Source of the DNA: Geosiphon pyriformis uo1
Taxonomy: Eukaryota; Fungi; Glomeromycota
Reading direction: 5' to 3'
Length of the DNA stretch: 64,000 nt
Assembly (NCBI GenBank): GCA_016748015.1
Contig: JAAOMT010000690.1
Coordinates: 186,001 to 250,000 of the forward strand
In this document: positions 1-12,227 of the stretch, in pieces
Position numbering within the stretch: the stretch's first letter is position 1
Layout: every line of letters begins with the position of its first letter
The notes under the pieces: generated by a model
Told to the model about the DNA's origin: nothing
The model's database searches: none
Seen by the model: the letters and a program-made list of their open reading frames with translations, nothing else
Position numbers and translations under genes: made by a program

Positions 1-184
1 CTACTCGTTTTTCTCATTAGTTTTGAATTTGGTAGATTGATATAAAGATTATTTCCCAGAACATTCATGGAATCTCAATGAAATTAAATTTTAAAATTTT
101 AAAATAGGGAATCTGCCAACCATTTATTCATGTTATTTAATGTAAGCTTGTGAAAACTTAATTTTTCTGAAATCAAAAATTGTT

Positions 185-450
185 TTAAAACTCCTGATGT
201 CTTTTGGTTTTATGAAATTGAACATTTAATGCATGTTCAACTCCAAAAGAGAATTTCCATAGAACATCAAAATTCTCAATATTTTGAGAAAACTTCAAAC
301 GCGATATAGCAATGGAAGCCAACTTTAGCCCTATTCGTTTAATGAAAGCTCTAAATTCTACCAACTTTTGTAAACCTGTATACGTAAAAAAAAGGTCAAC
401 TACGATCATTTGGAGGAATGCTTAGGGTGAAACCAATTGAGATGTTCACT
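185..450 (-). pseudogene. Possible decayed coding relic, weakly resembling an LTR-retrotransposon integrase core
   Basis: Fragments VNISIGFTLSIPP, MIVVDLFF and EFRAFIKRIGLKL lie in shifting frames and loosely recall the integrase ISMDFI.GLP, VVVD.FSK and EF..FC..LGIK segments. Resemblance is by eye only. Confidence 0.2.
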
Positions 451-1254
451 TCAATTCAACTGCTCATAAATTAATCATTTAAAATTTCATCCAGAGCGTC
501 CTGTAACTTATGATCAAGGTCTTTGCTAGCAAGTTTAAGGATATATTACCAGTGATGTAGATTATTTTCAGATGTCTATGTTTTTGGCTAAAATGGCAGC
601 CTTTTAGATTTTGAATTCACTTCAACTTCGATAGAATTCCTAGAGTGCTAGATATCCCTATTTATTTTTGGCTTATGGTTAAAAAGATCGGTTCCATATG
701 GATTTGGGACTGAATGTGAACTCGCCTCAATAAATCATATAATTTTGAATCGTCGCTTTATTACGTGGGATTTGATTTGTTATATTAAAGATCAATGGTG
801 GCCAATTGACTGTCGCGAAAATTTGCGACATAATCCTTTCAAGAAAATGTGTTCATTTTCGGCTCTCGACATATACAACCGCTCTTCCAAAGATTCTTAA
901 AATGAAATTGCTTCTAAGTAGTTTTTAAATAAAAATGAGTTGAAATTGTCGAAATATGATGCTAAAATTAAATTGTTGACATACCAACTGTTTATTTCTT
1001 TTTCAAAGTGTTTCGATGATCCCGGGTTCGATTAAATTAAATTTTGGATGTTATGATTTCAAGATTCTTTTCAAGGATTTTTTAATTAAGTTGGTTGCTT
1101 TGGGACTCGGAAACACCCGATCAATGCAGGATTTAACGAAGGGGCAAAAAGAGATCGAGTATAATATAATCATAGCAATCAAAGTAAAATGTCCTCTGAG
1201 AGATCCAGCTCATTCGACCAAAAAGTTCCAAATTTTGCCAACGCCTTTATAAAT

Positions 1255-1602
1255 CTATTCAGCTGTCGACATATTCTTCACCATTTCCACGATCTCATCC
1301 ATCTCATCCTTCTCCTGTATTGTGTGCGACTCGAAAATTTTCGCAAGTTCATCGATTTCAGCACTTAGCTCTAACTGGTACCTTTTTTGTATGGATGTTC
1401 TTGTCGAATTCATAAAAATTCGATAGGATGGTTCTAAAAATTTTCGTGACGACATTCGTCGAGGATTTGAAGGAATAATTCGGATCTTTGAGTAAAGTTT
1501 CTTCGACCACCAAAAATAGAATATTAAAGCTAAGGCGGAGGCAGTGAAAAACAATAAAATTTGACAAAAGCATGTGCGTATAATTGGAAGCGTTTGCTCC
1601 AT
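1255..1602 (-). CDS. Hypothetical 115-aa single-pass membrane protein
   Basis: ATG at 1602 (MEQTLPII...). One hydrophobic segment (ILLFFTASALALIFYFWW) is followed by basic residues and an acidic, helical-looking C-terminus (ELSAEIDELAKIFESHTIQEKDEMDEIVEMVK). GC is higher than the flanks. No family recognised. Confidence 0.55.
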   Translation of the reverse strand: MEQTLPIIRTCFCQILLFFTASALALIFYFWWSKKLYSKIRIIPSNPRRMSSRKFLEPSYRIFMNSTRTSIQKRYQLELSAEIDELAKIFESHTIQEKDEMDEIVEMVKNMSTAE

Positions 1603-2626
1603 TATTTGAAAATTTTTAGATAAGACGATAGTTGATTGGTGGCACGACGGGTTTCGAATAATGAACTTTTGATTGAAAAATTCTAAAAATTTCGAGTTTC
1701 TGTAAATTTTTTCTACCGAGTTCAAATAATTGGTCACTGAGTCAAAAAGTTATCAATTTTGAAATACCTTGAATTTTATACTTTCAAATATGTATGCTTT
1801 ACAGAGAGAAAGTATTTTGAACATTCCAAAACGAAATATGGTCGAATTTGGCAAACGATCACGAATTTTCGGCAGGTTTTGTTTAATTTTTGAGTATCGA
1901 TGAAGAGTGGACGACGGAATATTCAAAGGCAGTAGCAGTTAGTGGATGACGCTCACTTGGGGAAAAGACCTTTGTCAAATGCCTTAAATTGGGAATGGTA
2001 CAACGTTTAAAAATTGACATCTGCTGCAGATCGTTGAATCATGATCTGGAAAAAAATCATTGATTATAGTAAAAAGCTTCAATAATTGAAAATTTCCTAT
2101 GTTTTGGCTCATGGGTTTTAGAACAAAGTTAAGTTATTTTTGATTTAAGAGTAAATTGACAATTTGAAGTCATTTCAAGTAGGAGAAATCTGAAAAATTA
2201 TATGCTTTCAGTTATGGAAATATAAAAAGCAAAAAATTTGTATGCCAATTTATCAAATTTGAATTAGTAATTTTTTAATTTATAGTCAAGTTGGCGAATA
2301 TTTCTTGAAATTTACTAACATGTTCCTTTGCATAGAAAAATATTAATTTCAAAAGTAAAGATTAAAAATACCCAGGACAAATTAATTTGAATATTAATAA
2401 TATGAGCCAGAATTCAAAAAATGACATAAATATAATTTTATTTTTTAATTTCAAGTTATTTTTGTTGGAATTATTTTAAAACTTATTACATTTAAAATAA
2501 GTTTTTAGTTTCTATGCAAGAATTTTTTTATAATTATAAAAAAAAACTTTTACATTTTTTTTAAGAATATTGCTGACTTTGAATTTCTGCATAGAAATTG
2601 TAGTTTTTGAAATCAAGTATTAGTTT

Positions 2627-2668
2627 AATAATAATAACAATAATAACAACAACAACAACAACAACAAC

Positions 2669-2750
<82 letters not shown>
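2627..2750. repeat. Compound (AAC)n/(AAT)n microsatellite
   Basis: Read directly from the sequence. It explains the spurious poly-Ile/Val ORF 2561-2764. Confidence 0.95.
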
Positions 2751-4120
2751 TGCATACTTTGCATTGATATTTTTAAAATTTAATCAAATAAATAATTACA
2801 ACAATATCCTAAAAACTTAGTTATAATGATCTATTTAATTTATAGTATTTTTAACCAATTACGTAATTAAATTGATATAATTATTTATTTTTTAATTGCT
2901 TCCAAAATATAGGCTGATATTCCAAAGTTTTTTAGTCGAAATCAGTTTTCTGAGTTTTGAATATAGGGTTATTTTTTAAAAGTTAATTACAATGTAACTC
3001 ATGAAAAAAAAAACAAATCCTTGATTTCTATTTAAGATAAACAATATTCATTTAATAACTAAAATTTTTTAATACCAAAAATTATCAGCTTTTTTTTTTC
3101 GAAATTGGTATTTAATATTCTTTCTCTGATTAAAAACTAAATTAACTTTAAAAAAAAATGATACAATGTTATTACATGTTATATTTTACAAAACGAGTAA
3201 TGAATTCAAAATTGGAATTCGAGTGTAAAATTATCAAAATTGTAAAACCAGGATTTTTTATTTGTTTTTATCATCTATTTAAAATATGAAATTTTCTTAA
3301 AAAGCTTTTCAATGAAAATAATTTAACTATAAATAGCAAAAATAAAAAATAAACAATTAATTGCTTTAAAAATAATAACTTATAATTATACTTTGAAAGA
3401 AAATAATATTTTTTAATTAAATTGACAAATATATAGAGTTTTAAATAAAATTTTTCATCTTAAATAAAAATGCTAAAGTAGGGATTTGGCTTCACTTAGA
3501 AATAGATATGAAATCCATTCAATTTATCAAAAGTTAATCTCAAGAATAATTTAAAAAAAATTGAACATCATCAAAATCTTAAAGGGGTAGATCCTACACT
3601 TAAAAGAAAATTTAGCATTTCCATAAAAATCTTTATTCGAAATTTAATGTAAAACTGCACGCGAACTATTTAAAAAATTTTTTAAGTAAATAACCACTAT
3701 TTTTTCACCAGTATTTCCTCTCAAAATCTTTTTGGTCTGAAGCTTTGAATAAAGGAAAATAAAATTTGTAAGCTCCTTTTGGATCCAGTAATATTCTATA
3801 TGCACAAACCTTATGTCAAAATAAAACACTTGTTAATCATCCCTGATACACTAACTCAAACGAGATCACACTACATCACATGAATTGCGTTTTGTGGACG
3901 GGTTAAATAAACAAAATTAATTTTTTGTCACTAATTAATTTATCTTTACGACATCTAGGGTCTAAACCTTGGACGTTACAGATCGAATACTTTGAATTTA
4001 AATAAGTATCTGGAATTTAAAGTAAAACTTTTGTTCTGTGATATCAGTTAAATAAATCACTATTCTGGTAAAACCGGTTTGGAGATTAAAGGTTTCTAGA
4101 TGAAAACCTTTTATTAAGTA

Positions 4121-4145
4121 TAATAATAATAATAATAATAATAAT

Positions 4146-4200
<55 letters not shown>
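4121..4200. repeat. (AAT)n microsatellite
   Basis: Direct read. Confidence 0.95.
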
Positions 4201-4203
<3 letters not shown>

Positions 4204-6958
4204 CTTTTTGAAGGGATTATCCCAATATATTAATTAGATTAGGATCATACCATAAAACTTTTCAATAAGAGAGTTACTTTGGGCAACCACAAATTGGTTG
4301 AACTAATATTTTATTATATTCTGAAACATGGCTTTACTTTTCCTAATAAAAAAGCTCTGAAAGAAAATGTCTAATTATTTCATTTGTCTCTATTTAAAGT
4401 CCTAAAATAAAATTTTCGGTCACAGACAATTTTTGTATCTTGAAGAACACATTATAAAACTTGGGTATAAATTACCATTAAATAATTTTCGGGACTTTAG
4501 ATTACGTCAGAAAACAGGGTTTTCTCAATCTGTAAAAGCATGGCTAATTTTTTGGTCATACATTCAATGATTAATAGCTTTTGGATCGAAAAGGTGTATA
4601 TTGACTTCATATTTCAAAGTTTTGAGTTTTTATTTACTATCGACTCGTAAATGCCTTGTTTTAAAATAGTGTTTTCTTCCAGAAAGAATCGGCAATTAGA
4701 ATGATTAATTAAGGAATTTGACATTTTTTGCTGTCAAAAGTATACTTGCTTATGTAAGCCTCATGATGATTGATTATACAATCAATTCATTGCACAATAA
4801 TAAAGAAAGGCCAGGAGTTTATTTTCAGCTTCCTCGCATCTCTTTCGAACGTAGTTTCAGATTCCACTAAATGACGCCAAACCTGCAAACGAAACAATAA
4901 CCGTAACTTTAATTGACGCAATGAGTCAATTCATTTTAGAATATTTTTTATTTGAGATAATACAAGATAACCGGGATAAAAACTCAAATTCAGGGATTGC
5001 GCAAGGTTGTATCTTTGGAGCTGATGACCTCGAATAGGTAATAATTCGTACATGAATTGATTGTTTAGGATAGTGCGTATCAGCTGTTTTTTTTTTTTTG
5101 TACATTCGTTTCAAAATGATTGAAAAAACCCAAGATAACAACTTAATTGGGTAAAATTCCATATCTTTCTTAATTATGAGGGAAATATTTGTTGGCATGA
5201 TTTTAATTTTTTCTGATCATATCATTATTGCGAATAACGCTTGCATTAAAAATAAACACAGATTATGCGCTTCTAAGGATCATTAAATGAAATAACTCTT
5301 TAATGAATTAAATTAATTGATACCTGGATTTTTGATTACGCCAATATTGTTTATTGACCTTTTTGAATGTAAATATATCAACATTTTTTTTGGCATATAT
5401 ATTCAAAGAATTTTCCGAATAACAAGGAGCGATAATAAATATATCTTTTAATAACATTACAAGATATCAGACGAACTTTTGTAAGAAATGGTTTAATTAA
5501 AAACTTTGGGCTTAATATCAAAATTAAATTTAAAAATTTGAACCAGGATTTTGTTGATATTTAGGATTGTGTTCAAAAACGATGTTAATCTGTGACTTCT
5601 TTCAGTTATCGATTAATTTACAAGTAATTGTTAAAATCAGCTGTACAACTACGAAATGGTGAAACCTTTTCATTAAAATCTGATTTTTGTTAAAATAAGA
5701 TTTTGCTATAATATTTTTATGTTAGATAAATATTAACAATAAGCTAGGGAGTTGTGGACACTGTAAAAAAGCTAAAAGAGTGATCAATAAAAATTAAATC
5801 AAAATGAAATTTAAATAATTGTCCATATTTCCGAAATTAGAATTTGAATGAAAATTACATTTCTTTGATAAATTAACAACAGAAATTATAATATACGTAA
5901 TTTTTAGATTGCTTTTTATGTTTCATAAATAGGTAAGAATTTCTATCACGAAAATATTTTTGGATCAGTAAAATTTTCCAAAAAGCGTTTGTATAGATCA
6001 GGATTGCTAAAAATTTTCCCGATTAAGATATTATTAGATTTTCATTTTCAACAAAAATTTCATCCAAATAGTAGGACCATTTTTTAGCTGTCAATTATTT
6101 ATCATGTATAAAGGAGAGTTAAGGCGTTTTTGGATGCATAATTGTAATTAAATTTAATTTGCACCTGTTTTTTTTATTTTTATTTTTTTTTGGCTGAGTT
6201 TTACCTCAATTACATACTCAATTTTCAAAATTTTCTCATGTTTTAATGTGCATCATGTAACGATTTGTCAAACTCTACATTTTTCTTTTCACCTGACGCA
6301 ATTGTTGAAAAATCAGAATTGGTAATTTGGCGAAAAAAATTCAGAATAAGGAGAAAATCCGCAAATTTTGTTGCGAATAAGGAAATTTCTTGTTTTAAGT
6401 TTTTTCCCATGAGTTTATTATGCTAAAAATTTAGTTGATGCACAACTCAAAGTGACGAAATTTTTGAAAGTAGATAATGGTTTAAAGTGAATACGTAGAT
6501 AGAACTTTCGATTTTTAGACTTTATAAAGGGAGGAACGTCAAAACAATTAATTAAAAAATATATCGACAAAATTTTATGTTGAATCATTTTTTTATTGAT
6601 TAAATTATAAAATTTTAAAATTAGCATCATAATTATAAAATAATCGGAAGTTTTAAAGTTGTATTCAATGTAAAAAAAAAAATTTACTCGGAACAAAGTT
6701 TTGACGTTAATGAATATGAAATAATTTTTGCAGAAAACCTGTGTATTGAACAATTAATAATTTTTTCCTTAGTATTATTTCACCTTGAAAAAAACTAGAT
6801 ATAAAATTCAAAAAATATATCAAATTCATGAAGAACTATTAATTAATAGGTGACTCTTTTGAACTTGAATCTCAATTCATTTAGTAATTGTGGAGTCCAA
6901 TCAAAAAAAAATTTTTTTTCTAAACAGCTTTCAAAAAAATACAATAAATTCCCTGATT

Positions 6959-7144
6959 TCAAAAAATACGCCATTGAGAATCAAGCCAGGTGTTAATTGC
7001 AAATATCTCAGAACCTGATAGCTACCTGAACTTGGGATACCTATACCAACAACTATCTTTGGAATTAGGAGCAGTAATTTTCTCATCAACTGGAATATCG
7101 TCAAAATTAAGATTATCAAAGCTTTCTCGGATTTATTCGTTCAT
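6959..7144 (-). pseudogene. Decayed coding fragment of unknown family
   Basis: One frame reads MNE*IRESFDNLNFDDIPVDEKITAPNSKDSCWYRYPKFR*LSGSEIFAINTWLDSQWRIF*, a protein-like composition broken by in-frame stops. Confidence 0.3.
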
Positions 7145-7561
7145 TTCAAAAGTTATCAGCAAAATATTATAATAAAAAAATTGCTTAGAGATTTTGTATG
7201 AATTTTGATAACATTTTTTATATTCTAATCATCTATTGATAGATTTTTCAATTTAATTTAAAGTTTTATTGGGACCTTGAGCTTTCCAAAACAAAATTTT
7301 CAGCACCTTGCCCATAGAGTTCCTTAGATTGATAAGATGGTTCATTAATCCCAATTTAATTGTAGTTAATTCAAGTTGACCATCTTCCAACTACTTACTT
7401 AGAAATCACCCAATTTTTTTTGATGCTTATCAGGCTGCAAACTTGTAATTTATCTATGCCGAGCATATGCACGCCAGCTGATTGCAACCTTATCAAGTTT
7501 TCTTTTAAGCTAAAACTTGGTTTCACATTTGAATTTTTTGCTCTTTCTTTCTTTTTTTTTT

Positions 7562-7593
<32 letters not shown>

Positions 7594-8034
7594 TCAAATT
7601 GTGTAAGCCTGACATTTTGGTAAGAATCTGTGAGAATAGTTTCGAAAAAGTTTAGTATTGTTTTTAATATGATCCCAGTTCCACCAGCCCTTTAAAACAA
7701 TTCTTTAACCCAATCCTGTATCAAGCTTTATCTGGACAATAAATAAATATAAAAAATTACCTTTAAAAGCTACATAGCCAAAATACCATGATAATTATTT
7801 GATCTGAGAAAATTTTTTTGAGAATCAAGTTAAAACTTAAATATTCAGGGTGATAAAATCAAACTCCAAATATCATATTGTATAAAGTTCATTTTCATAG
7901 AGCCTAAGAAGGCATTTTAAGTAAAGTTTTTTTTATACAAACACGATTATAAAGTAATTTTTAAAAATTTACCCACTTGATTCAATTTCTAAAATTAAAA
8001 ATGGCCCTGAACTTTATTTTTCAGATAGAAAAAG

Positions 8035-8087
<53 letters not shown>
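8035..8087. repeat. (AAT)n microsatellite
   Basis: Direct read. Confidence 0.95.
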
Positions 8088-9302
8088 TTTTTCTTTCAAA
8101 GTCATTCAAAAGTCTTTAGTTTTGTTCAAATAACATGAGTAATTTTTGCAAGCAATGACAAAATCAAATAAAAATTTATATGACTCAAAGAAAATTTTGA
8201 TGAAGATTTATATAGACACACAGTAATTTTACATTTGGGTCTTTTAAATTTTTCTGAATTTAACTTTGAATAAAATTTCCAATATTAAACTTTTAAATTA
8301 ATTTGCATTAAAGCAGAATTTGTTCTCAAAAAAGAATAAAACTTTTTCAAGACAATATTTCAATGGTAAATGTATTTCTATTATCTTTCTTCATTTGAAT
8401 TATTATGAATTATTGTGTTCATAAAAGTACAGGATCTGATTATTAAATTTCCAGAACACTATTCTATTGTTTTTCAAAAAATAATTTGCATAAAATTTGA
8501 ACTCATAGATTCCAAAAACCTTAATTTTAAATTTTTGAAAATTGCTTTTTTACTACATTGCTGATAATTCCAGAGTCATGTTACTTTTTAAATAAGTTGG
8601 GAACATCCATATGTTGAATTAATCATAAAATTATTATTTTTTCATATCAATTTTTCACTTCGATGTCATGTAACTACCGTTAAACAATTCGTTTTCCATC
8701 AATCAAAACTTTTCCGATTTTATACAGATTATCACATGAAGCCATAAAGCCTCAATTTCAATTCTAGCAAGTTGGTAAAATCCCACTCAGCCAAAAAGCG
8801 TTTAGAACAGGATTTCATTCCTCATAATACACAAAGGCACGCGACTCATGACTGCACAGATATGCATATCACTGCACAGTGCACACACACATACATGCGT
8901 ACAATCTCAAGATGGAGGAAATAAAATTTGATTCTGCATAATATATAGTCAGTAACCAGTAAAAAAAAAATCTGTCCTAGCGTCAATGATGTCTTGTTTT
9001 CTACAAAAAAAATAATCAAGAAATGATCTACTCACATCAGGGGAGTTTGAACCATTATAGGGGACTGTAAAAGTGATACACGTGGCCTTTTCCAAATCAA
9101 ATTTTATTATTCAGATTATTTTTTTTCTTAAAAAACTTGCAAACACCGGTTATAATGATAAAATTTTTCAAGTTAAAAAGCAATGTAAGAAATATACTCG
9201 ATCTGTGTCCATTTTAAACTTTACTTTTAGTTTTAGTATTAACTAATACCCCAAGAACTCAAGAGTTCTAGTACAAAAAAGTCAAAAATCAAGAAAACCT
9301 TT

Positions 9303-9303
<1 letters not shown>

Positions 9304-9381
<78 letters not shown>
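9304..9381. repeat. Poly(A) run, 78 nt
   Basis: Direct read. Confidence 0.95.
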
Positions 9382-9382
<1 letters not shown>

Positions 9383-10673
9383 CAGAAAGGGTCCCAACAA
9401 AATTTCAAATCAAGTATCTCTCTGTGTTTTTATAATATTATTTCTTAATTCAAAATACTGAAACACTTATTGAGTTGTTTATCCCAATTGAGCTATTCAA
9501 ACAAATCATTTCTATTGAGAGCTTTTAAAAATTAAATGGAGATAATGCAGTTAGGAATTCATTTAATTTTTGTATGTTGCCCACACAATATAAAAGTGTT
9601 TATCATATTGATTGTCCCATGAAAAACTGAACTTAAATTTAAACGAACACATTTTAGTGAAAGTGTCCAGAGCCCGAACCAAAAATGACAATAGCATGTA
9701 TCTATAATAGCTCAAATCATGGGTAATCAAAAAGGTGGACTCCTAAATTATTAGATTCCGATTATCATTAAGAAGATGTTTAGTAGGTACTGGAATTTGA
9801 ACACCCAGATTTTTGAACATGGTAACTGACTGAGGGAAATGTGCTTAAATATAATGCAATTTTGAAATTAGCAAAAAAAGAAAGTTGAAATTACCAAATA
9901 AGAAAGATGAATCTTGAAATTTATTAAAAAACTAAATTGTGACAAAAAATAGTAAAATTAATGTTCAACTTTTAGAACGGTTAAAAAATATTTTTTGGTT
10001 CATAAGATAGATAGACGTTAATTAGGGTTTTTCTTTAAAAAATCCAAAGAAAGAATATTATCAATTTCGGGTCATTGAATAAGATTATAGAATAGATAAT
10101 AGTCATGAGATTACGGCGGGTAACCCTAAATTGGTATATAAGGCACACTGCGGATATGTGGTCTGTCTGCCACATATTCGCATATCTTTTCCATGAATGA
10201 TTTCTTTGGTGTTGAAGAAAAAGAAAATTGCTATAAACAGGTTTGAAAGGGTATGATAGATCTCTTGGTCATTTTCACAAGAGGTTAAAAGGATTTGAAT
10301 GCATGAGAGGTTCTATAAATTTCAGAACGCCGACAATTCTTTCTGTATATAAAATTCTAGCACGTGATATGCAAACTTCATGTTACATTTTCCTTGATTG
10401 GTAAAAAAGAATTTGAACTTTTGTGTGGACATTAGAAAAAAAGTTTTAAAAACATCAAACCAAAAAAAGAAAGGATAGAATCATAATAATTTTGCGATAA
10501 TTCAATTTGATTAGATCACAAGCCTTTTTTTTTTTTTTTTAAAGTTTAAAATCAATTTTAGGTAGTAATATTTATTTATTGTTTTTTTTTTTATTTATTA
10601 AAAAGAATTGGATAGGGATAGATCAAGGTGAAGGTCGTGAAAAAAATAAAAGAAAATTAACCGAATATTTCCC

Positions 10674-10706
10674 TTGAAGTAATTTGATTCTATCAAATTA
10701 CTTCAA
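10674..10706. repeat. Perfect inverted repeat, 15-bp arms, 3-nt loop
   Basis: TTGAAGTAATTTGAT-TCT-ATCAAATTACTTCAA. Confidence 0.9.
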
Positions 10707-12194
10707 TAACATTTATTTTGGAAAAATAATTCCGAAATAAGACATTGAAAAATTTTATTCCGGATCAAATTAAAATATTCCTCAAAAGGTTCAAAGCTTT
10801 TTGCGTAAATATTGTGATAATGAGTTTATTAATTTTGGAAAAATTCAAATATCTTTGAATGAATGAATGAGATTTAAAAAAATTATTTTATATCACATGT
10901 TTAAAAGGGAAAATTTTTTTAATACGATTTTCTTAGTACTTAAATACTTTTTTAATTAAATTCAAGACATTTAATCTATTTTGAAGAATATAATATATAT
11001 ATTCTCTTTTGTACAATCAGAAAAATATAAAATTAATTTTTACTAATATTATATTTTTCACCGAATTTCTAAAATAAAAATACAATTTAAATTTAGAATG
11101 AATTTTATGTTTCAAAATGAAAAAAAAAAATTAATTTAGTTTCTCAACCATTTTACTTTTGAATCTTTGAAATTTTATTATTCTTCTAAGCTGAAAACTG
11201 AAATTTTATGCACAATTCATCATGTTGTGAAACGAACGAACCAGCCAGAGCCAATAACATTTTAAATCATCGAATTTGGAATTAAGAAGAAAGAGAAAAT
11301 CTATCCTGAAATGATAAATTATTAGACATGGTGTTGGTGAAAATATAGATATTCTTTCAGAAAAAAAAATTTTTTTTTGTTCCAAATCTTGATACCTACG
11401 TTTAAACTTTTTCGCGAATAAAACAACGATACGCCATAAAATATTGCGATCGAGTTTAATTTTATATTTCCTGATTTCTGTTTAAATGTTGGCGTTTTGA
11501 AAAACAAAGATTGGGTTTCTTTAAATCGTTTTTTCTTTTTCTTTTTAGAGAATTATTATAGGGGTTACTGGTATGGTCATCAAAATACAAATAATAATAT
11601 TTTGATATTTGAAACTTTTTAAAAAAAAAAAATTTAATTGTGAGTTAGGCTTAAAAAAAAAAAAAAAAAAAATTGAAAATAGCAAATCCTGTGCTGACAC
11701 ATGTCTTGTGATTCAAATATTCTTATCATACTATAATGATAATAGTTTTTGAACTTGAAACTACCAAATCCTCTAACCGGATTTCATGTTTTCTCGGTGG
11801 TGTAATGGATGACTAAAAACTAAAAATAAATTAGAATGAATGAAATATTTATAATTCCCTGAATTGTTTTCTTTTGTGAAATATATGAAAATATGAAAAA
11901 AAAAACTATTATTTACTTATCTCTGTCAATATCTTTGCATAATACAATTATAAATATGATTTTTTGCCTCACAATGAAGCGCTTTATAAAATTCTGGTTT
12001 TTAACAAGACTACGATCAATTCTCTTTAAGATTTTCGAAATATCAATTACAAGAGTAACAATTTCTATTGTTCTTTAAATCTGTTACATGCAGTATTGAA
12101 AATAATGAGATAGAATCTATTTTCAAAATATATTTTTACATATGAGTTTTGTCTTGAGAAAGATTTTTATCATGCCTAAAATCAAAAATCAAAA

Positions 12195-12227
<33 letters not shown>

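Noticed and set aside
2561-2764. Poly-Ile/Leu/Phe/His/Tyr ORFs here and at 16726-17842, 18417-18665, 25619-25876 and 27881-28223
   Set aside because: They are translations of microsatellites and homopolymers that lack stops, with no coding signature.
5021-5045. CTGATGA hammerhead-like core followed by a short stem
   Set aside because: No GAAA after stem II and no supporting stems I and III.
1738-8187. TGASTCA (Gcn4/CpcA-type) motifs at about 1738, 4922 and 8181, and scattered CACGTG elsewhere
   Set aside because: They are few, unclustered and far from genes, which is compatible with chance.
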